In this document: one piece after another, positions 30,860 to 43,947 of the stretch
Position numbering within the stretch: position 1 is the first letter of the stretch
Layout of the letters: each line of letters opens with the position of its first letter
Source of the DNA: Octopus sinensis
Lineage: Eukaryota
Assembly: GCF_006345805.1 (NCBI RefSeq)
Contig: NC_043009.1
Span: forward strand, 45,384,001-45,448,000
Length of the DNA: 64,000 nucleotides
Direction: 5' to 3'
Program-made: the position numbers and the translations under genes
The notes under the pieces: model-generated
The model's input: only the letters and a program-made list of their open reading frames with translations
Told to the model about the DNA's origin: nothing
The model's database searches: none

Positions 30860-31290
30860 CCTCTTTCTCTCTCGCTCTTCGCCTTACTCTCTTTTCTCTC
30901 TCCTTTAACGTAAAAGCGTTACAGACAGGCTAAGTAACGGAGGAAAATCTTAATTCCCCCAAAATTATACATTTTCTTCAATACCACCTTTCACTCCCCT
31001 TCCCCTCCTCTCCCTCCACTCTGTCTCCTCTCCCCATCTCCCTTCCTTTATCTTCTCTCCCATGTCTCCTCCTCCCCATGTCTCTCCTACCTCCCCTCTC
31101 CTCCCCACCTCTCTCGCCCCCACCTTCTCCCCTCCTCTCTCACCCTCATCTCCTCCTCTCTCCTTCCCTCCTATCTCGCTCCCCTCCCCTCCCCTCCATC
31201 CTCCCACACTCCTCTCCCCCTCTCCCCCTCTCAACCGTCTTCTTAACCCTCTCTATCTCACCCCCTTCCCTTCTGGTATACTCACGTAAC
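30860..31290. repeat. Polypyrimidine (C/T) low-complexity tract
   Basis: About 430 bp dominated by C/T on the plus strand; the P/S/L- and G/E/R-rich ORFs here are artefacts. Confidence 0.9.
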
Positions 31291-32507
31291 TTCTATCAAT
31301 TCACAATCAGGGGAGAGATCAATATTAGGGGAGAGATCAGTTGATTACATTGACGTCAGTTCCCAACTGGTGCTTATATCAACGACGCTGAAAGAATGAA
31401 AACTAAAGTCGACCTCGGCAGGATTTCGTCCGACGCGCTAACTATTCCGCTAGCTCGTGGTCTTATATGCACTGTTAATACGATCCTCTGTCAGAATCAA
31501 CGTAACACTTTGATAAAGCTAATTCTAGGTCTTCCATATAGCTCCCTTCTTTTAACTCAGTTTCACCCACAAGCCTCGTTCGACTTCCACATGATGCCAC
31601 GCATTAGGATGCAACCGAAGCGTCAGGAATGCAAATTTGAACCTCTCTATCATTTGGTTATGTCTGTAATAACTACAATGTACCGACAATAAAGGCGTAG
31701 AACGAAGAATACACAGTATTAAAGCATGATTACAGAAAATAAAACTAAGACAAGACAAACCACAGAAAGAAAGAAAAAAATGAATAATCGTGCGGAAAAT
31801 AAAGGGAAAGTGTAGAGAATGTAAAAAGACATAACGCTGAAGGAGGTTGAGAGAAAAAAAAAACGGTAGCCAAACGGAAAAGAAATATTTGTTATCAGTT
31901 TGAAAACAATAGTTATTTTCTGTCGATGTTGAATGGAAATTTGAGTCTGAAATAAATTGGTTTCATAAAAATCAGGATGTCCATATTTGTCGACTATATT
32001 AGCTGAAGGTATTGGAGATTGGGAAAAAGATATACCACGATTAGTGAACTTGATAGTGTTGTGTATGTTTTTCATTCTTTGCCCACTAAAAGAAGGAAAT
32101 AAATTTCGTTACACACGCTGCTGCTACTGGGACAAAATATTGCTCTGTTTGCAAGTTTGTTGAGCAAAAGAAAATAAAAAACCCCAAATCGATTGACTAC
32201 GCAGTTTGACGGACGCTGACCTCATTCCGATTCCAAATAGTTATTTGCGAGATATAGTCTCACTTCTCATTTTCCATAATCTCAGATAGGAATGAACAAT
32301 GTTTGTTGAACATGGGGAATCAACATTATGAAAGCAAAAACTAAACACGCGCAGATGTACGCATGCACGCAAAAATACATATACACATCATATTTACACG
32401 CGCAAACTCATCCATAGACATATGTTTGAATGTGTTTATATGAGTATAAATACATACATACATATACATACATACATATGCATACATACATACATACATA
32501 CATACAT

Positions 32508-32554
<47 letters not shown>

Positions 32555-32632
32555 CATACATATACATACATACATACACACATACATATATATATATATA
32601 TTATATATATATATAATATATATATATATATA

Positions 32633-32685
<53 letters not shown>

Positions 32686-32760
32686 GTTTGAATGTGTGTA
32701 TATATATATATATATATATACTATTTCAAGGGACCTCCATAACACCACGATATCCACTGC

Positions 32761-32967
32761 GGCGAGCTGGCAGAAACGTTAGCACGCCGGGCGAAATGCT
32801 TAGCGGTATTTCGTCTGCGTTACGTTGTGAGTTCAAATTTCATCCTTTCGGGGTCGATAAATTAAGTACCAGTTACGCACTGGGGTCGATGTAATCGACT
32901 TAATACCTATGTCTGTCCTTGTTTGTCCCCTCTGTGTTTAACCCCTTGTGGGTAATAACGAAATAGA
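32761..32967 (+). mobile_element. SINE family A, young, with a ~22-bp internal deletion
   Basis: GGCGAGCTGGCAGAAACGTTAGCACGCCGGGCG head. GAGTTCAAATT joins directly to TCATCC, lacking CCGCCGAGGTCGACTTTGCCTT. Confidence 0.9.
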
Positions 32968-33370
32968 TATCCACTTGTTTGATTGTGCAGATATATCTAC
33001 ATTGCTGAGTGCTACAATTCACTTACAGCCTATGTTACATTAGCAATTGAAACGCTTTGATCACGCATATATATTTATCCATTTAAGTATAAACGATAGA
33101 TACATTGATTAAAGTAGTCACAATGGTTTTTTCCTGGTAATAAATGTAGTAATTACATACGAGCGCGCACGTGCATGTGTGTGTGCGTGAATATGTGTGT
33201 GTGCGGGGTTTGTGTATGTGTGGATGTGTGTCTCACTTTCAAGTTTAAAAGGTAATATATTATATTCTTTTACTACGTTAATTTACCTTTGCAAATTCAC
33301 GACCGATATCTCACACTCGCTGCCGGATCTTGTCTGCTTGGATTTACTAGACTCCCATCCTCCATCTTGT

Positions 33371-33605
33371 GAAGGTGCATGGCTAAGGTGTTGAACCTAG
33401 TGGCTAGGGAGTTGTGGTTTCGATTCCTAGACCGGGTGACGCATTGTGTTCTCAAGCAAAACACTTCATTTCACATTGCCTATTCATTTCACATTTCACA
33501 TTGCCTATTCAGTTGGCAAAAAAATGTAATCCTGCGATGGACCGGTGTTCCAACCAGGTGGGGAATATATACGCCATGGGAAGAAGGGAAACCAGTCCTA
33601 TGAGT
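33371..33605 (+). mobile_element. tRNA-derived SINE, family C
   Basis: GAAGGTGCATGGCT head, GGTTTCGATTCCT B-box, TTGTGTTCTCAAGCAAAACACTT core and CCTGCGATGGAC tail. Confidence 0.7.
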
Positions 33606-33854
33606 CTTTATAACTCGAGAAGAAACTTTACATCCTCCATATGTCTCAACATTCCAAGTCAGGTCACAGTTCCTCTCAGTGACATCTAGCATCTTCTGTC
33701 TAATGATCAAAGTGTTTCTTCTCTACCGAATCAATGCAATTGCGACTATGTAGAGGTGTTCAAAATACGGGGCCACTTACGGATTAATGGATCGTAGATT
33801 AACATAAATTGTTAAGAGGCTGAAAATGAACATCTTGTAATATTTACTCACGAT

Positions 33855-34000
33855 TGAGTTCAAATTTCGCCGAGGTCGACTTTGCCTTTCATCCTTTCAA
33901 GGTAGATAAATTAAGTACCAGTTGCGTACAGGGTTCGATCTAATCGACTGGACTCCTCCCCCGAAATTTAGGGCCTTGTACCTAGAGTAGAAAAGAATAT
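33855..34000 (+). mobile_element. SINE family A, 5'-truncated, alternative tail
   Basis: GAGTTCAAATTTCGCCGAGGTCGACTTTGCCTTTCATCC...CCTAGAGTAGAAAAGAAT. Confidence 0.8.
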
Positions 34001-34753
34001 AACTTTTACATTCAAATCCAGGTAGTGTTTACTTTTATTGTTTATCAGTTATTCAGTGACGACAGCCTCTCAGGTGCAACTCTGTTTCAATGGAGAGAAC
34101 GTATTATTTGTCAAGGTGATTTTAGTTCCTCACCCCACATTCGCAACCTTAGCTTCTTGGACTTTAGTATACTCCTAGTTCTTAATGACCATTTCAATAA
34201 CTGACCCGACATTATTTGGCACATCAAATCGAATATGACGTCCAGTCTTTGATTATAACAATGCTAATCTACGGTATTAGTGACTGATGTACAATCTAAG
34301 AAGACAATCCACTAATTTAGTGTCTAATGCACAATCCTAAGAATTTTCATTTCTAGTTTAAGCACATGTACTTAAATAACACCACCAATACCATTTCTAA
34401 CGTTTCTATCTTGAAAAATACTGTTATGATTGTAAGTATATATATCGCATAAAAACCAAGCTAACATAATGCACAAGCCGAGTATTTAAAGAAATTTCAA
34501 ATCTAATAACGATTTAAAATTGTAGAACATAATTCCATATAATTAGTCATTAATATTAAATTAAATTAAACTTATTTTAGCAATTTCTTTAAAAATAAAT
34601 TTAATTAGTTTGATTTCGGAATTCAAAGTTATAAAAACTGCTTCTTCCTAGTTAAGGAAATATTCAAGGAAGACACTACCGAGTGAAATTTGGTTGAGGA
34701 AGAAAAGGGAAGCTTGTATATGCATACGTATATGTATATATATATATACATAT

Positions 34754-34857
<104 letters not shown>

Positions 34858-34931
34858 CACATATACATATACATATATATATGTTAGCATCTGAGTAGAG
34901 AGAACTAAATTGGGTACTTCTAAGTACAAAT

Positions 34932-35060
34932 GAGGAGGAGCATGGTTAAGTGGTTAGCATGTTGCACTCATGATCGTAAGATTGTACATTTTATTCCTAG
35001 TGCAGGCGATCCGTTGTGTTCTTGAGCAAAACACTTCATTTCCCGTTGTTTGCATTGATC
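34932..35060 (+). mobile_element. SINE family C, 5' part
   Basis: GCATGGTTAAGTGGTTAGC...TTGTGTTCTTGAGCAAAACACTTCATTTC. Confidence 0.7.
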
Positions 35061-36024
35061 AAATATCAGTTTAAGCCATGAAGGTGAATCCAGTAAAATG
35101 GATTAACCTCCCAATATAACTGGTTGGTATTTCTTCTAATATAGAAAATTAGTCTTTGAAGGCCAGAATTAAATATTAGAGTGTCTATATTTTCAATCAA
35201 TTCTTCCGTGAAGCAAGTTTTACTCCTTAAATTTCTACATTGTTTCCTTTCAATAAATACTTGAAAAACAATGAACTTCATCTTACGCAAGAAACCCTCA
35301 ACCAATACTTTGAAATGAAATGAAATATTTTAAATTTAGCATTGTATTTATTTATGTAAGAATATATAAAAGGAAAATCGGATCACCTTCAAGAATCATA
35401 ACTAACGAATACGATAGGATCATATCCGCAGTGTAAACATGAATAATTTTCACTCAACCATGGATACATTAAAACGAGATGGTAGCCAATATCTAAGTAA
35501 TGCTTCAGTGAGACACGTACATCCTCAAATCACGATGCTGTGGAAAATAGTTTCAAATTCCATTTGAAATAGATTGTGATAGGAAGATTTCAGGATATCT
35601 GTAAAAGGTATCCGCTATTCAATCATTCTTGAAAGAGGGTTTGAACCCTTTGAAATAACATTCTTTAAACTGCTGGATCTAAAATTTTTGAAGCCAAATG
35701 AATAGGTTTATTAATCGGGTTAATATAACCAGGTTGCTACACAAAATTTAAATAAGCTGATAAAGGAATATCGATCGGCAACAAATCAATTTCAACATTA
35801 TCATCGACAAGCAATATATTCTTATGCAAATATGAAATTCAATAGAAAATCTCATAAGCACAGAAACAAAGCTGCCGTATTGTGCTCGGATTTAATTTTA
35901 ATAAAACAACTAATATATTACCTGAAATTATCTTAGTTGAACCCTTCACTGAAACTAACTATTACTAAACCGAATTAAGATTTATTCTTTGTATAATCGT
36001 TTTCTTAAATATCAGTTTTGAAAC

Positions 36025-36060
36025 TGAATAATAATAATAATAATAATAATGATGATGATG

Positions 36061-36118
<58 letters not shown>

Positions 36119-36238
36119 TAAAAATAATAATAATAATGATAATAATAATAATAATAATAAAATTAATAATAATAATAATAATAATAATAATGATAACAAC
36201 AACAACAACAACAATAGCAACAACAGCAAAAGCAATAA
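36025..36238. repeat. (AAT)n/(AAC)n microsatellite
   Basis: Direct inspection; source of the poly-N, poly-I and poly-L ORFs. Confidence 0.97.
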
Positions 36239-36444
36239 CACCAATTGCCACATCTACATTTTCGTCTCTATGAAGCCATTGGAATATTTATCAATATTGT
36301 TATTTCCTATCTATTAAGATAGGAAATAACAATATGGTTCATGAATATAATATATATCTAACTAAATTCATGATTAATATATATGTAATCTTAAAATATA
36401 TTTTGGGGAGTAAGGATGCAAGACGTTGAAGCACATGGCTGTTA

Positions 36445-38185
36445 CATTAAATATCCCGTAGTCTGGCTGACCATTGTGGCACGACTGGTGACTTTGCGAC
36501 CAAATCTCTCCGCCCACCTCTGTCTTCTGCTTCTCGCACTGCGTCTCTCATGTTTCGCCCTACCCATCCACAGATGTTTTTTTCCCTCACCTCGTTCTCT
36601 GTCTGCCTCAGATTTGACTGTTCCCTGAAGGATTATTTTGGCCATCCCTGGTGAGATGGTGACATGTTCAAACTACTTGAGTTTGTGTTTCCTTATTGTG
36701 GTATGAAATCTCTCATACGACCCTATTGCCTGCATTATTCTTATTTTTACTTCCTCATTTATGACAATCTATATATGATATTCCCCAAAGTCTCCGGAAA
36801 CATTTCATATCTGCAACCTGGATTGTTCTTTCGATTTCTGCTGTTAGTCTCACAGGTATACAAGAATATTAAGATCACTACTGATCCCATTAGCCTAATT
36901 TAGGAGCTCAGTGAGATACTTCTGGCTTTCCACAGTGTTCTGAATTTGGTCATTGCTGCTGTCATTTTGGCAATGTAGGATAACACTTAATACTTGGAAC
37001 CTGGGTCACTCACTATTACCCCAAGATATTTAAAGTTTTGAACTTCTTCAAGCTCAACTTCACTGACGCTTATGTTGGTACTGATTCCGTTTGGGCAGTT
37101 TGTCATAACTTTTGTTTTCTCTATGTTGAATTCATTGGAGGTCTTGTCTAGGCACTTTACTAGTTGTTTCAATTCTTGCTCTGAGATCGCCAGTCCGACG
37201 ATATCATCTGCAAATCGCAGTTTTGTTAGGTTTCTGCCGCCAATGCTAATCGCTCCATTGTATTCTCCCAATGCATCGGTCAAGGAAGATGTTGAACAAG
37301 ATTGGCGAAATTGGGCAGCATCACTCACCAATGTAGCCGGTCAGGTAAACTGCACTACTTGCTTTATCATACGAACTATCAATGGCACGAATGAGATTCG
37401 CGTTGATGTTATGTAGCCTCATGGTGGACCAGAGTGCCGCATGCTACACCCTGTCAAATGCTATTTTGACGTCCACGAACACATGGAAAAGTTCTTGCTG
37501 GCGCTGAAGAAAACCCACACAGAATTGAAAATATGTTCTATTGTACTGCACCCCGCCCTGAATCTTGCTTGCTCTTCGGCAATAGTTTTCTTCGCTTGGG
37601 GTTTGAGTCTGTTAAGGGTGATTCTCAAGAACACTTTACTTGTGTGACATATCAAGGTAATAGTTCTGTAGTCCTAGCATTGTTGTAGATGCCCTTTTTT
37701 GGCAAGTGGTCACCAGCATCTGAGTCGAAGGTGCCGGCCACTCTCCTGTCTGCCAGATTCTATTACATATTACATGGAGTGCATCCACATGGCCTCTCCC
37801 TCTGCCTACAATAACTCAGACGGGCTATTGCCCACCCCTGCTAATTTACTTGCCTTCAATGTCTTAACCGATCCGTTTACTTCCTTTCTTAGAATGAGGA
37901 AATTGTACGTATCCGTTGTTAGTAGGAAATTCAGCTTATCAGTGTTACCTTTTGTTTCGTGGTTCTATAGATCTGTTGTTCTTCTTTAGGTTTCCCTCAA
38001 TGTCCCTACACTGCTACTCCATCTATGCCTCCTTGGTCACCCTCCTAGTAAAACGTTTTCTTCTTCAATTCTCTTCTTTTGTCATGCAAGTCTAAAATTT
38101 CTGGTGTGATCTATGGTTTCTTGGCAGGCCTGTACTTGCTAAAACCTCTCTGGATTTTTCTGTTTCTATAGAGTTAAAACTGTCA
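36445..38185 (-). mobile_element. RTE-clade LINE, 5'-truncated, decayed reverse transcriptase
   Basis: KYRPAKKP*ITPEILDL, ICHTSKVFLRITLNRLKPQAKKTIAEEQARFRAG, ISIGGRNLTKLRFADDIVGLA, FKYLG and AKIILQGTV, typical of RTE/BovB-like ORFs; stops and frameshifts present. Confidence 0.9.
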
Positions 38186-39190
38186 GTGAAAGTGTATAGA
38201 GGTTTCTAGTATATATTCCATTATATAGAATAGAATATTGTTATTTTTAACATACTGATACATACAAACACACATGCATACATACATAATACATACATAC
38301 ATACATGATACATACATGATACATACATGATACATACATGATACATACATACATACATACATACACCTATTTGTCTTTGTGGATCAAATCCATACCAATG
38401 ATGACACTGCATTATTTTTCCTAGCTCATTTTCGTTTCATGTTAGCAAATTACCTAGGCCATAAATGTATTAAACTTCTATGTAGATTTCTAAATGAAGA
38501 TAATGTCAAACAACAGTACTGAATATAAGGTAGAAAAACCGCTGTACAGGTAGCATCAACTAAAGCAGAAAAAGAAGTTCGCTTTTGTCCTGTTCTTTCC
38601 AGACAATCAAACTGTATTTTCCTTTGAGATATGTCAGTTTTGCAGAATTTAATTCTTGAGTTCTGAGATAATTTTTCCTTCCCATATGGAGTTAGTACTA
38701 AATACCATTTAGTGATTGGACTAACACATTTGGAAGCGGAGATAATTTCAACAGCAATTTTTTAAAAATGTATACTGTATGTTAATTAAAATACACTCGT
38801 TCACACATACAAATGTACATATACAAACACATGCACACACGCATGTATATAGACATGCATACGCACACATATATTAAAAAGAAATGGTCTATTTATATTT
38901 TTAAGTCTAGTAAAATGAACAGATAAAATCTTATCTTGAGGATGGTTTAAGAAGGATTCATAAAAGCGAATGTTTGCTAATTAGTAAATGGAATATTATC
39001 TGTGAACAGATATAAATAAATATCGCCAGACGATCGTTGGTTCCAGAAGACAGAAGTTTTCTAATGTTCATTTATTTAATCAATGGACTGGCTGGCGCTC
39101 TGGGCATCACACAGACACAGACACAGATACCACACACACACACACACATACACAGATACACACACACATACACACACACACGCACACAAC

Positions 39191-39254
<64 letters not shown>

Positions 39255-39869
39255 CTAAAAATGATTATTCTTCTGAGATTACTTTTAAGATGTGACTGCA
39301 AGGCAAAGAGGAGCAGTTTTAGTATGAATACAACAGTTATGATATGCGCTAGCAAAAAACAAAAAACAAAAAAAAACAAACAAACAAGCTAGCAAAAAGA
39401 CCAAATAAATATGTTTAATATCGAATATGTTTAAAATCGGAAATTACGCCCCGTACGCATACTCCGCCAAACAATTACACACAGACATATGCGCGTGCAT
39501 GTGCGCACACAGCTTTAAAGACAGCTATAACAAAACTCACTTCACTGTAGGGACACTGAAATGAATTGTGATAGTAAAACGTCATACAGGCAACAAACGG
39601 GGAATTAGAAGTAAGCTCGCTCAAGAGGTCATAACCAAGATATATTTTACATCAACAAAATATAGGTTTTAGTTTGTGTGGAGTTTAGAGCTTTCCAAAG
39701 AAGTGATAAAATATTTTTTTAAGTCCCCAAATACACGAAAGTTGGCTAATAAAATGGGTTTATTCGTGTTTGTATTTGGATTTGGTCCTTTCAGTTATTT
39801 ATTACAGTGGTACACGTCTTCCACATCTTTCACGTCTTTCAGTATTATTTTGAATATTTACATAACCAT

Positions 39870-40120
39870 TCATACATACATAGATACACACATACATACA
39901 TACATACATACATACATACATACATAGATACACACATACATACATACATACATACATACATAGATACACACATACATACACACATACATACATACATACA
40001 TACATACATACATACATACATACATACATACATACATACACACATACATACATACATACATAGATACACACATACATACATACATACATACATACATACA
40101 TACACATACATACATACATG
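39870..40120. repeat. (TACA)n microsatellite with recurring TAGATACACA variants
   Basis: Direct inspection. Confidence 0.95.
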
Positions 40121-40380
40121 TGTGTGTATGTGTTTGTGTGCTTTGCTTATGTGCACTAGAATACATTTTGGTAATTATAGTTGAGATTAAGAAACGAGAG
40201 ATCTTTTGACAAGTCACCTAGTGAGACACATCCGCCCCTACGATGCATCACAACAGTTTGTACAGCATCTCACCCACAAAGCACCACTGCACGATGGGCC
40301 AAAACGATCGTAGTGACTAATAAAGAGCCTCCTGAAACGCATTTTCTGCCTCTTATATTTAAAAAAAAAACACTACGGGA

Positions 40381-40504
40381 CTACATATATTTCATAGCTA
40401 ACGGAACCTCGGAAGTAGTAATTATCCAAAAGCTACTCTACAGTCTACTCCCCGTTTGAATAATTACTGCTTCCGAGGTTGCGCTAGCTATGAAACATAT
40501 GTAG
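40381..40504. other. 50-bp-arm inverted repeat (hairpin)
   Basis: 40381-40430 pairs with 40455-40504 (4 mismatches and 1 G-U on the plus strand), with a 24-nt loop. Confidence 0.9.
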
Positions 40505-40842
40505 CCTGGATTTTATCTATTCCATTTCCTAACTTTTGGATGTTTATTCGCATATACAGCAACCTCAATTGCTAACAGTTAGCTATAAGATAATCTTTTT
40601 CCAGCTTATCGTATGGGACAAATTCGCAACCTTCTGCCCCAATAAACCATTATTTTTCCCCAAAAGTTGTTTTTGATATCTTCTACAGATTGCTTGAAGC
40701 TCACTAACTTTTTACACCTTGATTCTTGGATCTTATCTTTTCATATATACATGCATACATATATAATATGTGTGTATGTGTGAGTGTGTGTGTGTGCGTG
40801 TGTATATATACTTATATGTATGTATTCTCATATATGTATATA

Positions 40843-41002
40843 TACGAGGGGATGCTGAAACATCCCTTAGGCTTAGAAAAGCTGAAGGACCGCTGCAATA
40901 AGTGTGTGAACCTAAGAGGGGAATACGCTGAATGAAATCATAATTAACTGATCCTCCTGTATTTTCTTTTATCCAAAGCCAGGTACTTCTAGTACCCCTT
41001 AA
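40843..41002 (+). mobile_element. Internally deleted mariner derivative (MITE-like)
   Basis: TA-flanked ends TACGAGGGGATGCTGAAA and CCAAAGCCAGGTACTTCTAGTACCCCT. Internal LEKLKDRCNKCVNLRGEYAE* matches a mariner transposase C-terminus. Confidence 0.7.
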
Positions 41003-42589
41003 TATATACGCATTAAAATGTTGACTTGCATTCTTTCATCTCTACTTCATTAACTGACCTTGCCAATGTTTAAAAATTGAAATAACCATGTTAGCACTAA
41101 CTTCTGCATGAACCGGAAGAAATTAGTTTCCTTTTGAGCTATCACTGTTGTAGCAACGTGACTAAGTCTATACAACCATGTTGAGACACTGACACGTCTA
41201 GTCACACCTAATAATATATTGATTCTTTTAAATATTGCTTTCCATAAAATTTCAGGTAGTTTATGAAAAAACAAACAAACAATGAAGGAATGTGTTCAAT
41301 GAGAATTTATTTGATTGAGATACGTGAAAGTAAACGTGACTGAATGAGAAAATTGAGGAAGATTTGATCAGGTGTTTGTGAGTTGGATTAGCCTAAGGTT
41401 AAGAATAGGAAACAATTCCAAGATTCTCATCAGGAAAACCATCTTATGGTATCAAGCTTGTTTGTATATGATGTAATTCTATAAGAATAAGGTAAAGAAA
41501 TACTTCTCCATCATTTTTTTCTGTAAACTAGATATTTTGTATTAACAGTAAAATTACACTTAGAATCGGAGAAAATAAATGTAGTCGAAGAGAATGAGAA
41601 AGATATTGTGTGAGAGTGAATGAAACAGACATAAAACTATATAAAATGAAAGTAAAATATATTCAGAAATATCGACACAGAAAACTGATACTAATCTGCC
41701 ACAAGGAAACGCTGCAGAAAAAAAAAGAAGAAAATAGTTCCATGAAAAAGAAGAAAAAAAATTAAAATAACAAAAACAAAGAAAAACAAAACAAAAAAAA
41801 AACAATAAAAAAAGATTATCCACATTGTTGGGAATCTTTTGTCGAAGTGCCTCTATCAATCGTATTCTATACACTTTGCTTGCAGTGACATTTTAAGTCA
41901 GTCACTAGGAAGTAATCTGATGCTATTTTTGTATACAGTAACTGTTGATATACAAGGTAGAAATGTCTGCAGATTGATGTGAGATCATTATGTTCCAATA
42001 TTAACAAGCCTCTTTACATTAACGCAAACTCCTGCTTAGATGTTCGACTCCATTTTTTTCTAATGTTTTTACAATTCTTCTAATTATCGACGAATATAGT
42101 TTTTTTCTATATTTACTTGATAAACTAATTCTGTTGCATTCCTGTAGGGCTTTTCAATGAAAGTGTGTTTATTATATTAGTATTCTATTCAAAACTCTAA
42201 TTTATTTAGAAACTGCTATTTTGGAGAGTGTAGAAGAGACAGATTTCAGTCAAAATACTGAATTTTTTTTTTTATAAAAGAGTAAAACGGGAATAAATGG
42301 AAAGCGAAGATGGGTTCAATAAACGTAGAGGAATCAGTCTTTCTATAAAGAAATGTTGCACAGTAAAGCAGTGCAAACATTTTTTATATAAAGGAGAATA
42401 AATAGAGATTTTAGATGTTTTCTTTCGGAGATTTTTTTTAGATAAAAGAAATAGAAAATTGTCTGTCAGCCATTATAAAAATATTTGGAATGTATCGAAG
42501 TAACGTGAGCACATCTTAATACTGAACTCCTTGAGCAAAAGGGGATGAATAATATAAAGTAAAATAAGGTGGGGAATAAATACTCTGAT

Positions 42590-43450
42590 CTATAAAATAT
42601 GAGATGGAACGTAAACTGTGTAATTGCCTCAGATCGCACGCATCGCATACACGAAAAACGTTAAACACATACATATTTGACATCTTACTGAAGCAGTTCC
42701 CATTCATCCTCTTCGGTCTGCACAGAAGTGATGCTTTAGCCATCTCTAAAGGCGCTAAATGACATAGTCGAAATAGGCTCGGAAGGACCTAATTCGATCC
42801 CTTAAATCCCTTGGAATCCAGATTTTAATTGAGACCAAACTTATCATTGTTAACTTTTTAGATGGTATTTTGGAACTGGACAGCTGTTCATACAGGTCCT
42901 TTCGCAAAACAAACGAAAGGCTGACGTACATTAACACAGCCTCATGCCACCCATCTTTCATGCGCAAGAATCTAGTGAAAGGAATTGAAACCTGTCCTCT
43001 AGGAAAGAAATTTTCGACGCCCATTATCCTTATTACAAGGAGGCTAAGGCTGACAGTGAGTTTAAAAACCGTATCTCCTATATACCAAGTCTTAACACCC
43101 ACAAAAGGAAGCGCCACAGTAATGTTGGTTGGTTTGCGCCACCCTCCTTAATCAACATCAGGACTTGTGTGGGAAGGATATTCCTAAGATTAGTGGACAA
43201 ATACTTCACATAGTCAAATAGATACTGGCGTTTGTTTAATAAACACAGCTTAAAGGTCTCTTTCGACTGCACACCTAGGGTTAAGAAATTATTAGTGAGC
43301 ACCACTAAACCACGCGCAGAGGTAGGATGCTCATGCAGGGTTACAAATGAGTGCTCAGTATGCGTGTGTTTGTGGGGATAGACACAACTCAGAAAGTGTA
43401 GTATATGAAGCTAAGGTGGTGAACAGCACTGGAGACAACAGTGACAGCTT
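42590..43450 (+). mobile_element. Penelope-like element RT and start of GIY-YIG, probably Naiad-type, decayed
   Basis: FGLHRSDALAI (cf. GLYRDDGLA), LGIQILIETKLIIVNFLDGILELDSCSYRSFRKTNERLTYINTASCHP, FLRLVDKYF, GCSCRVTNEC and ESVVYEAKV. Confidence 0.8.
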
Positions 43451-43649
43451 TGGTAGCAACAACAGCAACAACACTAACAACATAACATACTCGCCAATAG
43501 CAGTAACAATTCTGCGATTATTTCAACATGTGACGCAGTTCAACGTTGATTTAATGGAGGGAGTCAGCTTTTACATACACACATACATACATACATACAT
43601 ACATACATACATACATACATACATACATACATACATACACACATACACA

Positions 43650-43680
<31 letters not shown>

Positions 43681-43913
43681 TACTATATATTTGTGAAAAG
43701 AGCGGACATTGTCTCACAAGCAGTTGTGCTGGCAACAGTGTTAGTAAATGTGGTCAGATTGAACTGAACATTTGCACACCCATGCTAAATGTGGTGGGGT
43801 GTTTGCATGGCAACATTGAGTTTGCTCAACTGAAAGGCGTGGGCTCTAGGGCAAAATTCCTCATCTTTAAAATGTGGCCCAAGAAACCCGAATGAAATCG
43901 GGTTATGTTGCTA

Positions 43914-43914
<1 letters not shown>
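43681..43914 (+). mobile_element. Non-autonomous Helitron-like element
   Basis: 3' hairpin AACCCGA-ATGAAA-TCGGGTT (43885-43904), 6 nt, then CTAA|T (CTRR rule). The 5' end TACTATATAT resembles Helitron TC-TATA starts but is uncertain. Confidence 0.55.

Positions 43915-43947
<33 letters not shown>

Noticed and set aside
31719-32075. 118-aa minus-strand ORF starting MKNIHNTIKFT
   Set aside because: Only a fleeting resemblance to PLE RT; the remainder is low-complexity F/L-rich sequence from an A-rich tract.
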